Below are positions 25,600 through 34,648 of a stretch of DNA of 35,688 nucleotides, piece after piece. This DNA is from Candidatus Binataceae bacterium (lineage in GTDB: Bacteria > Desulfobacterota > Binatia > Binatales > Binataceae): the NCBI GenBank assembly GCA_041487135.1, contig JBGPMT010000001.1, forward strand, positions 1 to 35,688, in the 5' to 3' direction. Positions within the stretch are counted from its first letter, which is position 1, and each line of letters opens with the position of its first letter. A model generated the notes under the pieces. The model made no database searches, was not told where the DNA came from, and was given only the letters and a program-made list of their open reading frames with translations. A program made the translations under genes and the position numbers.

Positions 25600-27020
25600 A
25601 CGGACCGGTTCCCAACGGCCTGCTCACCAGCCGCCGCCGGCTGCATTTCGTGGGCGTGGGCGGCGCCGGGATGAGCGGAATCGCGGAGCTCTGTTTGCGC
25701 CTGGGCTTTGCGGTCAGCGGCTGCGATCTGCAGCCGAGCGAAACCACCGCGCGGCTGGCGGCGCTCGGAATCGAAATCGCCCACGGCCATCATCCGGCCC
25801 ATCTCACGCCCGATCTCGACGCGGTCGTGATCTCCTCGGCGATCAAGTTTTCAAATCCCGAACTCGGCCGCGCGCGCGAGCTCAAGCTCTCGATCATCCC
25901 GCGCGCCGAGATGCTGGGTGAGCTGCTGCGGATGGCGCGCCACGGGATCGCCGTGGCCGGCACCCATGGCAAGACCACCACCACCTCGCTGGTCGCGCTG
26001 GTGCTCGAGGAGGCGGGGCTCGATCCGACGGTCGCGATCGGCGGCAACCTGCGCTCGCACGGCACCAACGTGCGCCTTGGGCGCGGCGATTTCATGGTGG
26101 CGGAGGCCGACGAGAGCGACGCTTCCTTCCTGCTGCTGCTGCCGACGGTCGCGATCGTGACCAATATCGACCCCGAACATCTCGACCATTACGGCACCAT
26201 GGAGCGGGTGCGCGAGGCGTACCAGAATTTCATCAACCGCGTGCCGTTTTATGGCGCCGCGATTCTCGGCCTCGACAGCGTCAACGTACGTGGGCTGATT
26301 CCCGCGATTCGAAAGCCGATCCTGACCTACGGCACCGCTCCCGACGCCGATTTGCGCGCCGAGGCGATCTCGATCGACGGGCTTTCGACTCGCTTCGAGG
26401 TGATTCACAAGGGCGTGCAGCTCGGCGCGGTGACGATTCCCTCCCCCGGCCATCACGTCGCGCTCAACGCGCTCGCCGCCATCGCGGCCGGGCTCGAACT
26501 CGGCATCCCGTTCGAGATCGCCGCGCGTGCGCTCCGGCAGTTTGCGGGAATCCATCGCCGCTTCGAGATCAAGGGCGAGGCGGCGGGGCGCATCGTGCTC
26601 GACGACTACGCGCATCATCCGGCCGAGGTGCGGGCCACGCTGGCCGCGGCGCGGGCGGCCTTCAAGCGCCGCCTGGTGGTGATTTTCCAGCCCCATCGTT
26701 TCACGCGGCTGCGCGATCTGTTCACCGAATTTCTCGACGCGTTCGACGACGCCGACCGGCTTTATTTGCTCGACGTTTACGCCGCCGGCGAGGAGCCGAT
26801 CGCGGAGGCTTCGGCACGCCGGCTCTACGAAGCGCTGCGCGCCCGGGGCCATCTCGAAGTCCGCTATCTCGGCGACGATCCGGAAGCGGCCGCGCGGGTC
26901 GCGGCCGCTTCTGCGGCCGGCGATCTGATCGTCACGCTCGGTGCGGGCGACGTCTATCGGCTCGGCGAATCGATCTTGAAGGCGCTCGACGACGGAGTGA
27001 AAGTCCATGAGTCGGCTTGA
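25596..27020 (+). CDS. murC: UDP-N-acetylmuramate--L-alanine ligase
   Basis: 474 aa. HFVGVGGAGMSGIAE and VAGTHGKTTTT motifs. GTGA overlap with the murG stop. Confidence 0.92.
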   Translation: MNGPVPNGLLTSRRRLHFVGVGGAGMSGIAELCLRLGFAVSGCDLQPSETTARLAALGIEIAHGHHPAHLTPDLDAVVISSAIKFSNPELGRARELKLSIIPRAEMLGELLRMARHGIAVAGTHGKTTTTSLVALVLEEAGLDPTVAIGGNLRSHGTNVRLGRGDFMVAEADESDASFLLLLPTVAIVTNIDPEHLDHYGTMERVREAYQNFINRVPFYGAAILGLDSVNVRGLIPAIRKPILTYGTAPDADLRAEAISIDGLSTRFEVIHKGVQLGAVTIPSPGHHVALNALAAIAAGLELGIPFEIAARALRQFAGIHRRFEIKGEAAGRIVLDDYAHHPAEVRATLAAARAAFKRRLVVIFQPHRFTRLRDLFTEFLDAFDDADRLYLLDVYAAGEEPIAEASARRLYEALRARGHLEVRYLGDDPEAAARVAAASAAGDLIVTLGAGDVYRLGESILKALDDGVKVHESA

Positions 27021-27909
27021 GGGCGAACTGCGCGGCCGATTCGGCGCCCGGGTGGTGGCGAACCGGCCGCTGGCCGACTTCACCTCGTTCCGGATCGGCG
27101 GCCCGGCTGAGCTGATGGTCGCGGTCGAGAACCAGGCCGAGTTGCTGGCGGTGCTCGAGGCCGCGTATCGCGACGGCACGCCGTCGTTCTGCCTGGGCTC
27201 GGGCACCAACCTGCTGGTGAGCGATCGCGGTATCCGCGGCGTCGTGGTGCGGCTGGTCGCGGATTTCACGCAGATCGATTTCGACGGCGTCCGCGTGCGG
27301 GCGGGCGCGGCAGCGCAGTTCGGCGCGCTGGTCGAGCAGGCGGTGGAGCGCGGACTGGGTGGACTCGAGTTCGGCGAGGGCATCCCGGGCAGCGTCGGCG
27401 GCGGGCTGGTGATGAACGCGGGCGCCTTCGGCGGCGAGATCGCGCGGGTCGTGACGTTCGTCCATGGCGCGACCATCGAAGGCGCGGCGCGCGCGCTCAG
27501 CAACGGCGAAGTGGGCTTCGCCTATCGGCGCACCGACCTGCCGCCCGGCTTCATCATCACGCGGGTCGATTTCGAGCTCTGGCCCGCCGATCGCGAGGCG
27601 CTGCGCGCGCGGGTCGCCGAGCTCAGGGCAAAGCGCGCGGCGCGTCAGCCCCGGGGGCTGCCCAACGCCGGATCGATTTTCAAAAATCCGCCTGGCAATT
27701 TTGCGGGACGGCTGCTGGAGAGCGCCGGGATGAAGGGGGCGCGGGTCGGCGCCGCCGCGTTCTCGGATCAGCATGCGAATTTTATTGTCAACCTTGGCGG
27801 CGCGCGGGCTGACGACGTGCGAGAGCTTATCGAGCTGGCGCGGATGCGAGTGCGCGAAACCAGCGGCGTCGCGCTTGAGCCCGAGGTGAGACTGGTCGGC
27901 GAATGGTGA
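27007..27909 (+). CDS. murB: UDP-N-acetylenolpyruvoylglucosamine reductase
   Basis: 300 aa. FAD-binding TSFRIGGPA and GSGTNLLVSD motifs. 14-nt overlap with murC. Confidence 0.9.
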   Translation: MSRLEGELRGRFGARVVANRPLADFTSFRIGGPAELMVAVENQAELLAVLEAAYRDGTPSFCLGSGTNLLVSDRGIRGVVVRLVADFTQIDFDGVRVRAGAAAQFGALVEQAVERGLGGLEFGEGIPGSVGGGLVMNAGAFGGEIARVVTFVHGATIEGAARALSNGEVGFAYRRTDLPPGFIITRVDFELWPADREALRARVAELRAKRAARQPRGLPNAGSIFKNPPGNFAGRLLESAGMKGARVGAAAFSDQHANFIVNLGGARADDVRELIELARMRVRETSGVALEPEVRLVGEW

Positions 27910-27942
27910 GCTGAGGGTGTTTTCGCGCGGAGGGGTGGCGGT

Positions 27943-28698
27943 GTGGTTGTGGCGCGGCGGCGAAAAGCGAAGGAGATGACGAGCTGGGGATGGCGCCTGG
28001 GCGGCGTCGTCCTGGCGAGCTTCTTTGCGCTCGGCATGATGGCCGGCGTGAGTCCGGCAGGCCGCGCCCTGGTGGCGCGCGTCAGCGCCTCGACTGCAAC
28101 GCTGCGCGGCCAGGCGTCCGAAATTATCGCCCCGGTCATCTTCTTCTGGCGCGGGCTGCCGCCCGCCCCGGTCCGGCCCGGCGCTCCCGGCACGGTCGTG
28201 ATCGTCGAGCGCCGCGACGGTTTCTACGCGCTCTCCGAACGCAACGGCCTGGTCGGACCGATCTCGCCGCAGGCACAGGGCGACCTGCCGGTGCTGAGCG
28301 GCGCGGGCGTGCAGAACGCGCCGGTCGATGAGCTCTTGCGCTACGCCTCGATCCTGGTGCGCGCCGAGGCGGCGCTCTCGGCGCTGATCTCCGAGATGCG
28401 AGTTGACGACGACGGCGCGGCGGTTTTCTTCCTGGTCCGCTCGCAGACCCGGCTTACGGTCGATCTTGAATCGGCGCCGCTTGAGCTCGAACGCGCCAGC
28501 GAGCTGCTGGCTCGCTGGCAGGACCATCAACGGCTGGTCGCGGGCCTCGATATGACGACGCCCGGACAGGCGGTGATGGAATTGCGCGGTATCCAGTCGT
28601 TCGAACGCATCGCCGACCATGTCCAGCCGGTGGCCAGGAGCGAGGGACTCAAGGCCCGCGGCGCGGCGGCGAACGGGCGGGGGATGACAGGCAGATGA
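27943..28698 (+). CDS. ftsQ: cell division protein FtsQ/DivIB-like (divergent)
   Basis: 251 aa bitopic protein with TM helix LGGVVLASFFALGMMAGV. GTG start with GGAGGGG 7 nt upstream. Assignment rests mainly on its position between murB and ftsA; sequence similarity is weak by eye. Confidence 0.65.
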   Translation: MVVARRRKAKEMTSWGWRLGGVVLASFFALGMMAGVSPAGRALVARVSASTATLRGQASEIIAPVIFFWRGLPPAPVRPGAPGTVVIVERRDGFYALSERNGLVGPISPQAQGDLPVLSGAGVQNAPVDELLRYASILVRAEAALSALISEMRVDDDGAAVFFLVRSQTRLTVDLESAPLELERASELLARWQDHQRLVAGLDMTTPGQAVMELRGIQSFERIADHVQPVARSEGLKARGAAANGRGMTGR

Positions 28699-29912
28699 GA
28701 AGCGTTGTCGCCGGACTTGACGTGGGGACGAGCAAGGTTTGCGCGCTGGTCGCCGAGACGGTGGACGAGTCGCCGACCCTGCTCGGTTTCGGCGTCGCGC
28801 CGTGCACCGGTTTGCGCAAGGGCGTGGTGGTCAATATCGAGGCCACGGTCGAAGCGATCCGCGCCGCGCTGGAGGAGGCGCAGAAGTCCTCGGGCGTGCG
28901 GGTCGGAGCGGTGGTGGTCGGGGTCGCCGGTCCGCATATCCGCGGGCTCAACAGCCACGGGATCGTGGCAGTGCGCGGCGGCGAGGTGAACCAGCGCGAC
29001 GTCGAGCGCGTGATCGACGCGGCGCAGGCGGTCGCAATCCCGCTCGACCGGCAGGTGCTGCACGTGTTGCCGCAGCAGTTCGCGGTCGACGACCAGGAAG
29101 GCGTGCGCGACCCGATCGGGATGGCGGGCGTGCGGCTGGAAGCGCGCATCCATATCGTCACCGCGGCGCAGAGCTACGGCCAGAATCTGACCAAGTGCTG
29201 CGAGCGCGCGGGCGCGACGCCGAGCGAAATTGTCTTCGAGCCGCTGGCGGCGGCCGGCGCCGCGCTGTTCCCCGAAGAGCGCGAGCTGGGCGTGGCGCTG
29301 ATCGATATCGGCGGCGGCACGACCGACATCATCGTCTTCCACGGCGGCGCCGTGATGCATACCGCGGTGCTGCCGATCGGCGGCAGCCATCTGACCGGCG
29401 ACGTCGCCGCCGGCCTGCGCACGCCGCTGCTGGAAGCCGAGCGGTTGAAGATCAGTTTCGGCGTCGCGACCAACATGGTGGTGGGCCGCGACGACATGGT
29501 GCAGGTGCCGGGGGTCGGCGGACGGGCGCCGCGGATGATCCAGCGCCGCCTGCTCGGCGAGATCATGGGGCCCCGCATGGAAGAGATCTTCGCGCTGGTG
29601 CAGCGCGAGCTGGGACGATCGGAAGTCGCCGACAACCTGGCCTCGGGAATCGTGCTGGTCGGCGGCAGCGCGCTGCTCGAGGGCACGCAAGAGCTGGCCG
29701 AGCGCATCTTCAACCTGCCGGTGCGGCGCGGGCTGCCGATCAATCTGAAGGGCATGCCCGAGGAGCTGATGAAGCCGATGTACACCACGGCGGCGGGACT
29801 GATCCTGCACGCCGCGGCGGCGAACGGAAACGGGCTCGGCGCGATGCGCAACGGCCGGCTGCTCGGCCGCTGGCGCAACCGGGTAAGCGACTGGATGAGG
29901 GAATTTTTCTGA
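28695..29912 (+). CDS. ftsA: cell division protein FtsA
   Basis: 405 aa. Actin-fold motifs GLDVGTSKVCALV and DIGGGTTDI. C-terminal amphipathic tail WRNRVSDWMREFF. ATGA overlap with the ftsQ stop. Confidence 0.92.
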   Translation: MRSVVAGLDVGTSKVCALVAETVDESPTLLGFGVAPCTGLRKGVVVNIEATVEAIRAALEEAQKSSGVRVGAVVVGVAGPHIRGLNSHGIVAVRGGEVNQRDVERVIDAAQAVAIPLDRQVLHVLPQQFAVDDQEGVRDPIGMAGVRLEARIHIVTAAQSYGQNLTKCCERAGATPSEIVFEPLAAAGAALFPEERELGVALIDIGGGTTDIIVFHGGAVMHTAVLPIGGSHLTGDVAAGLRTPLLEAERLKISFGVATNMVVGRDDMVQVPGVGGRAPRMIQRRLLGEIMGPRMEEIFALVQRELGRSEVADNLASGIVLVGGSALLEGTQELAERIFNLPVRRGLPINLKGMPEELMKPMYTTAAGLILHAAAANGNGLGAMRNGRLLGRWRNRVSDWMREFF

Positions 29913-29975
29913 TCCGCGCGTGAAGGGCGGAACAGACTGACAGACTTGCGAATTCGCCAGGAGCGGCGGAGGAGG

Positions 29976-31247
29976 ATGATGATGATTGAGTTGGTGGATA
30001 ATCCTGATCCCGGGGCGCGCATCAAGGTGGTTGGCGCGGGAGGATGCGGCGGAAACGCGATTAACCATATGATCTCGGCCGGCCTGCGTAACGTCGAATT
30101 CATCGCCGTCAATACCGATGCCCAGGCGTTGCAGAACAACTCCGCGGCGATGCGGCTCCAGATTGGACAATCGATTACGCACGGCCGCGGCACCGGCGGT
30201 AATCCCGAGGTCGGGCGCAAGGCGGCGCTGGAGGACGAGGAGCGGCTGCGCGAGCTGCTCGCGGACGCGGAGATGGTGTTTGTCACCGCCGGCATGGGCG
30301 GCGGCACCGGCACCGGGTCCGCCCCGGTGATCGCGCGCCTGGCGCGCGAGGCGGGGGCGCTCACGGTCGGGGTGGTGACCAAGCCGTTCCAGTTCGAGGG
30401 CCATCGCCGCATGGCGCAGGCCGAAGAAGGATTGCGCGAGCTCAAGCTCGCGGTCGACACGCTGATCTCGATTCCCAACCAACGCCTGCTTTCGATCACC
30501 AGCCGCAACACGCCGCTGCGTGAATCGTTCCAGAAGGCCGACGACGTGCTGCTGCAGGCGGTGCGCGGAATCTCGGAGCTGGTCACGGTGCACGGGCTGA
30601 TCAACCTCGATTTCGCCGACGTGCGATCGATCATGGCCGAGATGGGGATGGCGATGATGGGCGCGGCGACCGCGAGCGGCGAGAACCGGGCCGTGGAAGC
30701 CGCCCAGCGCGCGATCTCGAGCCCGCTGCTCGAGGACCTGTCGATCAAGGGCGCGCGCGGACTGCTGATCAATATAACCGGCGGCGCCGACCTGTCGCTC
30801 TACGAGGTCAACGAGGCCGCCAGCCTGATTCACGAGGAGGCGCACGAGGACGCCAACATCATCTTCGGCGCAGTTATCGACGAGCAGATCGGCGACGAGC
30901 TGCGGGTCACGGTCATCGCCACCGGCTTCGGCGATCTCGATCATCGCTACAGCGCGAAGTACTCGCCCTCGGGCGCGCCGGTAACCCAGCCGATCCAGGC
31001 CGCGGCGACCCGGCCGGTCGAATCCCCGCAGGCGCAGCCGCCACCGCCGCCTCCGGCGCAGAGCAAGATGTTCCCGAACAAGCCGATACGGCGCCTCGGC
31101 CTGCTGGTCGACGACAGCCTCGATATCCCGACCTTCAAGCGGCGCGCGGCGGAGGCGGGCTTTGGCGGTCCGACCAAACTGGCCGAGTCCGGCGAGGAGG
31201 ACGATAAGCTCGATATCCCGACGTTCCTGCGCAAGAATGCGGACTAA
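29976..31247 (+). CDS. ftsZ: cell division GTPase FtsZ
   Basis: Tubulin signature [10 protein letters not shown], plus [14 protein letters not shown]. Three consecutive ATGs (29976/29979/29982) follow GGAGGAGG. The TTG at 29946 was rejected as the start. Two C-terminal LDIPTF peptides. Confidence 0.93.
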   Translation: MMMIELVDNPDPGARIKVVGAGGCGGNAINHMISAGLRNVEFIAVNTDAQALQNNSAAMRLQIGQSITHGRGTGGNPEVGRKAALEDEERLRELLADAEMVFVTAGMGGGTGTGSAPVIARLAREAGALTVGVVTKPFQFEGHRRMAQAEEGLRELKLAVDTLISIPNQRLLSITSRNTPLRESFQKADDVLLQAVRGISELVTVHGLINLDFADVRSIMAEMGMAMMGAATASGENRAVEAAQRAISSPLLEDLSIKGARGLLINITGGADLSLYEVNEAASLIHEEAHEDANIIFGAVIDEQIGDELRVTVIATGFGDLDHRYSAKYSPSGAPVTQPIQAAATRPVESPQAQPPPPPPAQSKMFPNKPIRRLGLLVDDSLDIPTFKRRAAEAGFGGPTKLAESGEEDDKLDIPTFLRKNAD

Positions 31248-31286
31248 GCCGGGCAGAGCGCGGCTGGGGCCAGTGCCGGCCTGCGC

Positions 31287-32438
31287 TCAGCCGCCGGCCT
31301 GGAGCTTCAGGAGTTCGACCGTGACCTCGGCGGTGGCGACCATATCCTTGACGTCGAGCCATTCGCGCACGGTGTGTATATCGCGCATCCCGGTGCCGAG
31401 GTTGGCCACCGTCAGTCCGCGCTGATTGAAGATATTGGCGTCGCATCCGCCGCCCGTCGCGGCGGTGGTCACGGTGCGGCCGGTGCGGCGCGCCGCCTCG
31501 ATCACCTTGCGCACGATCGGCGCGTCCTCCGGGATGTTCATCGCCTGGTACTGCGTGTCAGCGGAGTAATCGAGCGCGGCCACGACCTGTTTGCCGTCGA
31601 TCGTCAGGGTCGCACGCGCCACCGCCTGCTTGAAGCAATCGATCATGTGATTGACCTGCGCGGTCAATTTCTCGGGATTGCGCGAGCGCGCCTCGCCGCG
31701 AATCACGACCTCGTTCGGCACGATATTGATCGCGCGGCCGCCCTGGATGAGGCCCAGGTTGGCGGTGGTCTCGTCGTCGATACGGCCCAGGCGCATCGCG
31801 GCGATCGCGTTGGCGGCCACCTTGATCGCGGAGATGCCGCGCTCCGGTACCATCCCGGCGTGCGCCTCATAGCCCCTGACCGTGAATGACAGCGTCTGGG
31901 CGCCGGGCGCGCGGACGAACAGAAAGCCGGGCGAGTCGCTGTCGAACACCAGCCCCTCGCGCGCTTCGAAGAGCTCGAGCTCGAGATTTTTCGCGCCGAG
32001 CAGGCCGACCTCCTCGCAGATCGTGAAGACCACGTCGATCGGACCGTGCGGGATGCGTTGCTCGTGGATCTGATGCAGCGTTTCGCAGATAACCGCGCAG
32101 CCGGACTTGTCGTCGCCGCCCAGCACCGTGGTGCCGTCGGTGCGGATGATGTCGCCCTCGACGATCGGCTTGACGCCTTCGCCGGGCACGACCGTGTCCA
32201 TGTGAGCGCACAGCAACAGCGGCGGGAGCCCGGGCGTGGTGCCGGCCAGGCGCCCGATCAGGTTGCCGGTATTGCCGCCGACCCGCTCACCCGCGCGATC
32301 GTAGCGGCATACCGCGCCGAGACTTTCGATCTCGCGCCGCAGCCGCTCGGCGACCTCGCGCTCCTTGCGCGAGAGCGAATCGATCTGGACCAGTTCGAGC
32401 AGCAGATTCTTGAGCCGTTGCTGATTGACGTTCGCCAT
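31287..32438 (-). CDS. M20-family metallopeptidase (peptidase T-like tripeptidase)
   Basis: Track ORF 31287..32798 has a junk N-extension. ATG 32438 has GGAGG 7 nt upstream and gives MANVNQQRLKNLL. Metal-ligand motifs CAHMDTV, GGDDKSG and ICEEVGLLGA. Confidence 0.88.
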   Translation of the reverse strand: MANVNQQRLKNLLLELVQIDSLSRKEREVAERLRREIESLGAVCRYDRAGERVGGNTGNLIGRLAGTTPGLPPLLLCAHMDTVVPGEGVKPIVEGDIIRTDGTTVLGGDDKSGCAVICETLHQIHEQRIPHGPIDVVFTICEEVGLLGAKNLELELFEAREGLVFDSDSPGFLFVRAPGAQTLSFTVRGYEAHAGMVPERGISAIKVAANAIAAMRLGRIDDETTANLGLIQGGRAINIVPNEVVIRGEARSRNPEKLTAQVNHMIDCFKQAVARATLTIDGKQVVAALDYSADTQYQAMNIPEDAPIVRKVIEAARRTGRTVTTAATGGGCDANIFNQRGLTVANLGTGMRDIHTVREWLDVKDMVATAEVTVELLKLQAGG

Positions 32439-32525
32439 CACGCACCTCCGGCTGCGGCAGCCGTAGTTTGAGAGCGGTCGATCGCCGGGCAAGCGGCGGG
32501 CGATCGCCCGGCGGGGCCGCGGGAC

Positions 32526-32560
32526 GAAAAATTCAGCGGCTCGCCCCGGCCGCGCGGCTG
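32526..32560 (-). terminator. candidate intrinsic terminator after pckG
   Basis: On the minus strand, an imperfect GC-rich hairpin CAGCCGCGCGGCCGGGGCGAGCCGCTG is followed by AATTTTT. It begins 27 nt downstream of the pckG stop. Confidence 0.35.
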
Positions 32561-32586
32561 CCGGCGCCGTCGAGCGCCGCCGCGAT

Positions 32587-34359
32587 CTATTGGGGGGCCG
32601 CTCCCCGGGGGTGGGGCTGGGGGGGGCCGATCTTGCGGAAGAACTCGCCCGCCGCCGCGGTTTCGGCCTTCCATTCGCCGCCATCGATTCGGAGGCTCTC
32701 GCGCAGGTTGCCCGGCGTGAGGTCGAGACCCTTGAGGTCGAGATCGGCGGGATCGGGCACGATTCCGACCGGCGTGTCGAGGCCGCGCGCGCGCCCACCG
32801 ATCCGATCGATCATCCATCGGAGCACGCGCAGATTTTCGCCGTAGCCGGGCCACAGGAAGCGGCCGTCGCCGTCCTTGCGGAACCAGTTGACCATGAAAA
32901 TCTTCGGCGGCTTGCGCAGCAGCTTGCCCATCTTAAGCCAGTGGGCGAAATAGTCGCCGATGTTGTAGCCGCAGAACGGCAGCATCGCCATCGGATCGCG
33001 CCGCAGCACGCCGACCTGGCCGACGGCCGCGGCGGTGGTCTCCGAGCCCATCGTCGCGCCCATCAGCACGCCGTGCGTCCAATCGCGCGATTCGAGCACC
33101 AGCGGCACCGTCGCCGCGCGCCGGCCGCCGAAGATGATGGCCGAAATCGGCACGCCCTGCGGATCGTCGACGTGCGGTGAGAGTGCCGGATTGTTGCGCG
33201 TCGGGGTGGTGAAGCGGGCATTTGGATGGGCGGCTTTTTCGCCCGAGTCCGGGCGCCACGGGCGCCCCTGCCAATCGACCAGATGCTCCGGCGGCGGCAG
33301 GTCGATTCCTTCCCACCACACATCGCCGTCCGCGGTCATCGCGACGTTGGTGAAAATCGTATCGCGCCCGACCATCTTCATCGCGTTATGGTTGGACTTC
33401 TCGCTGGTCCCCGGTGCGACGCCAAAGTAGCCGGCCTCCGGATTGACCGCCCACAGGCCGCCGTCCGCGCCGATCCTGAGCCACGCGATATCGTCGCCGA
33501 TGGTGCGGACCTTCCAGCCCTTCATCGCGCGCGGCGGCTTCAGCATCGCGAGGTTGGTCTTGCCGCAGGCGCTGGGGAAGGCGGCCGCGATATAGGTGGT
33601 CTCGCCCTGCGGGCTCTCCAGGCCGACGATCATCATGTGCTCGGCGAGCCATTGTTCCTCGCGCGCCAGCCATGAAGCGATTCGCAGCGCGAAACATTTC
33701 TTGCTGAGCAGCGCGTTGCCGCCATAGCCGCTCCCAGCCGACCAGATGGTGTTGTCCTGCGGAAAATGACAGATCAGCCGGCGGTCGGGATTGATATCCA
33801 GCGTGCCGTGCAGGCCGCGATTGAAGTCCTCCGACTCGCCCAGCATCTCGAGCGCCGCGCGGCCCATCCGCGTCATGGTGCCCATGCTGAGCGCGACGTA
33901 GATGCTGTCGGTCAGCTCGACGCCGACCTTCGAGAACGGCGAGCCCAGCGGTCCCATCACGTACGGCACGACGTACATCGTGCGCCCGCGCATAGAGCCA
34001 TCGAACCATCCGCGCAGCTTGGCATAGGTCTCATCGGGCGCCAGCCAGTTGTTGGTCGGTCCGGCCTCCTGGCGGGTCGGCGTGCAAACCATCGTGAGCT
34101 GCTCGGTGCGCGCGACGTCGTTGGGGTTCGAGCGATGCAGGTAGCAGCCGGGACGCTTCGACTGGTTGAGCGGGATCAGCACGCCGGATTCGACCGCCTC
34201 GGCGGTCAGCCGCTGCCGCTCCAGGGGCGAGCCGTCGCACCATACGACACGATCGGGACGCGTGAGTTTGACGCATTCATCGACCCAGCGGCGCAGCGTG
34301 GCGCTGTGGGTCGGGAGGTTATTCGCGGAAGAATCGACGCTCACCGGAAAGCTCCCCAT
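32587..34359 (-). CDS. pckG: phosphoenolpyruvate carboxykinase (GTP)
   Basis: 590 aa. Kinase-1a P-loop AAFPSACGKTNLAML. N-terminal WVDECVKLTRPDRVVWCDGS is typical of GTP-PEPCK. Confidence 0.93.
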   Translation of the reverse strand: MGSFPVSVDSSANNLPTHSATLRRWVDECVKLTRPDRVVWCDGSPLERQRLTAEAVESGVLIPLNQSKRPGCYLHRSNPNDVARTEQLTMVCTPTRQEAGPTNNWLAPDETYAKLRGWFDGSMRGRTMYVVPYVMGPLGSPFSKVGVELTDSIYVALSMGTMTRMGRAALEMLGESEDFNRGLHGTLDINPDRRLICHFPQDNTIWSAGSGYGGNALLSKKCFALRIASWLAREEQWLAEHMMIVGLESPQGETTYIAAAFPSACGKTNLAMLKPPRAMKGWKVRTIGDDIAWLRIGADGGLWAVNPEAGYFGVAPGTSEKSNHNAMKMVGRDTIFTNVAMTADGDVWWEGIDLPPPEHLVDWQGRPWRPDSGEKAAHPNARFTTPTRNNPALSPHVDDPQGVPISAIIFGGRRAATVPLVLESRDWTHGVLMGATMGSETTAAAVGQVGVLRRDPMAMLPFCGYNIGDYFAHWLKMGKLLRKPPKIFMVNWFRKDGDGRFLWPGYGENLRVLRWMIDRIGGRARGLDTPVGIVPDPADLDLKGLDLTPGNLRESLRIDGGEWKAETAAAGEFFRKIGPPQPHPRGAAPQ

Positions 34360-34412
34360 CGTTTCAGGTCAATGCGATTCAGGTCCAAGCTAGCACGGTT
34401 GAATTAGTTCGG

Positions 34413-34544
34413 CTATGCAATCAAGCTCCAGGCATTAGGTATATTGATGCTGCGACGGTCCTGCCACTCCAGGCGCATTTCCTCCAGCGCCCGGCGGACC
34501 TTCTGCGAGCAGACGGAGTTGTCAAAATGGCAAAGCTCGAGCAT
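34413..34544 (-). pseudogene. truncated glutathione S-transferase N-terminal fragment
   Basis: From ATG 34544 (GGGGAG 6 nt upstream): MLELCHFDNSVCSQKVRRALEEMRLEWQDRRSINI..., which matches the GST N-terminal thioredoxin-like beta-alpha-beta start. The frame stops after 43 codons. Only 53 bp of AT-rich DNA remain before pckG. Confidence 0.4.
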
Positions 34545-34648
34545 CGGGCTCTCCCCGGGGAAGACGGTCAGGACTTCGGGCTTCTTTGCCCGATGTTCGC
34601 GCAATCGGACCGCGCTGTCAAAAACGCGCCGACCGGCGATACCGGCCG

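Noticed and set aside
25851-30944. Chain of very long minus-strand ORFs (25851..27503, 26932..28620, 28527..30944, 29174..30772)
   Set aside because: All are antisense to murC, murB, ftsQ, ftsA and ftsZ, which carry unambiguous motifs. High-GC codon bias suppresses stops on the opposite strand.
31248-31286. Bidirectional terminator between convergent ftsZ and the M20 peptidase gene
   Set aside because: Only short imperfect GC pairings and no U/A-run on either strand. Not convincing by eye.
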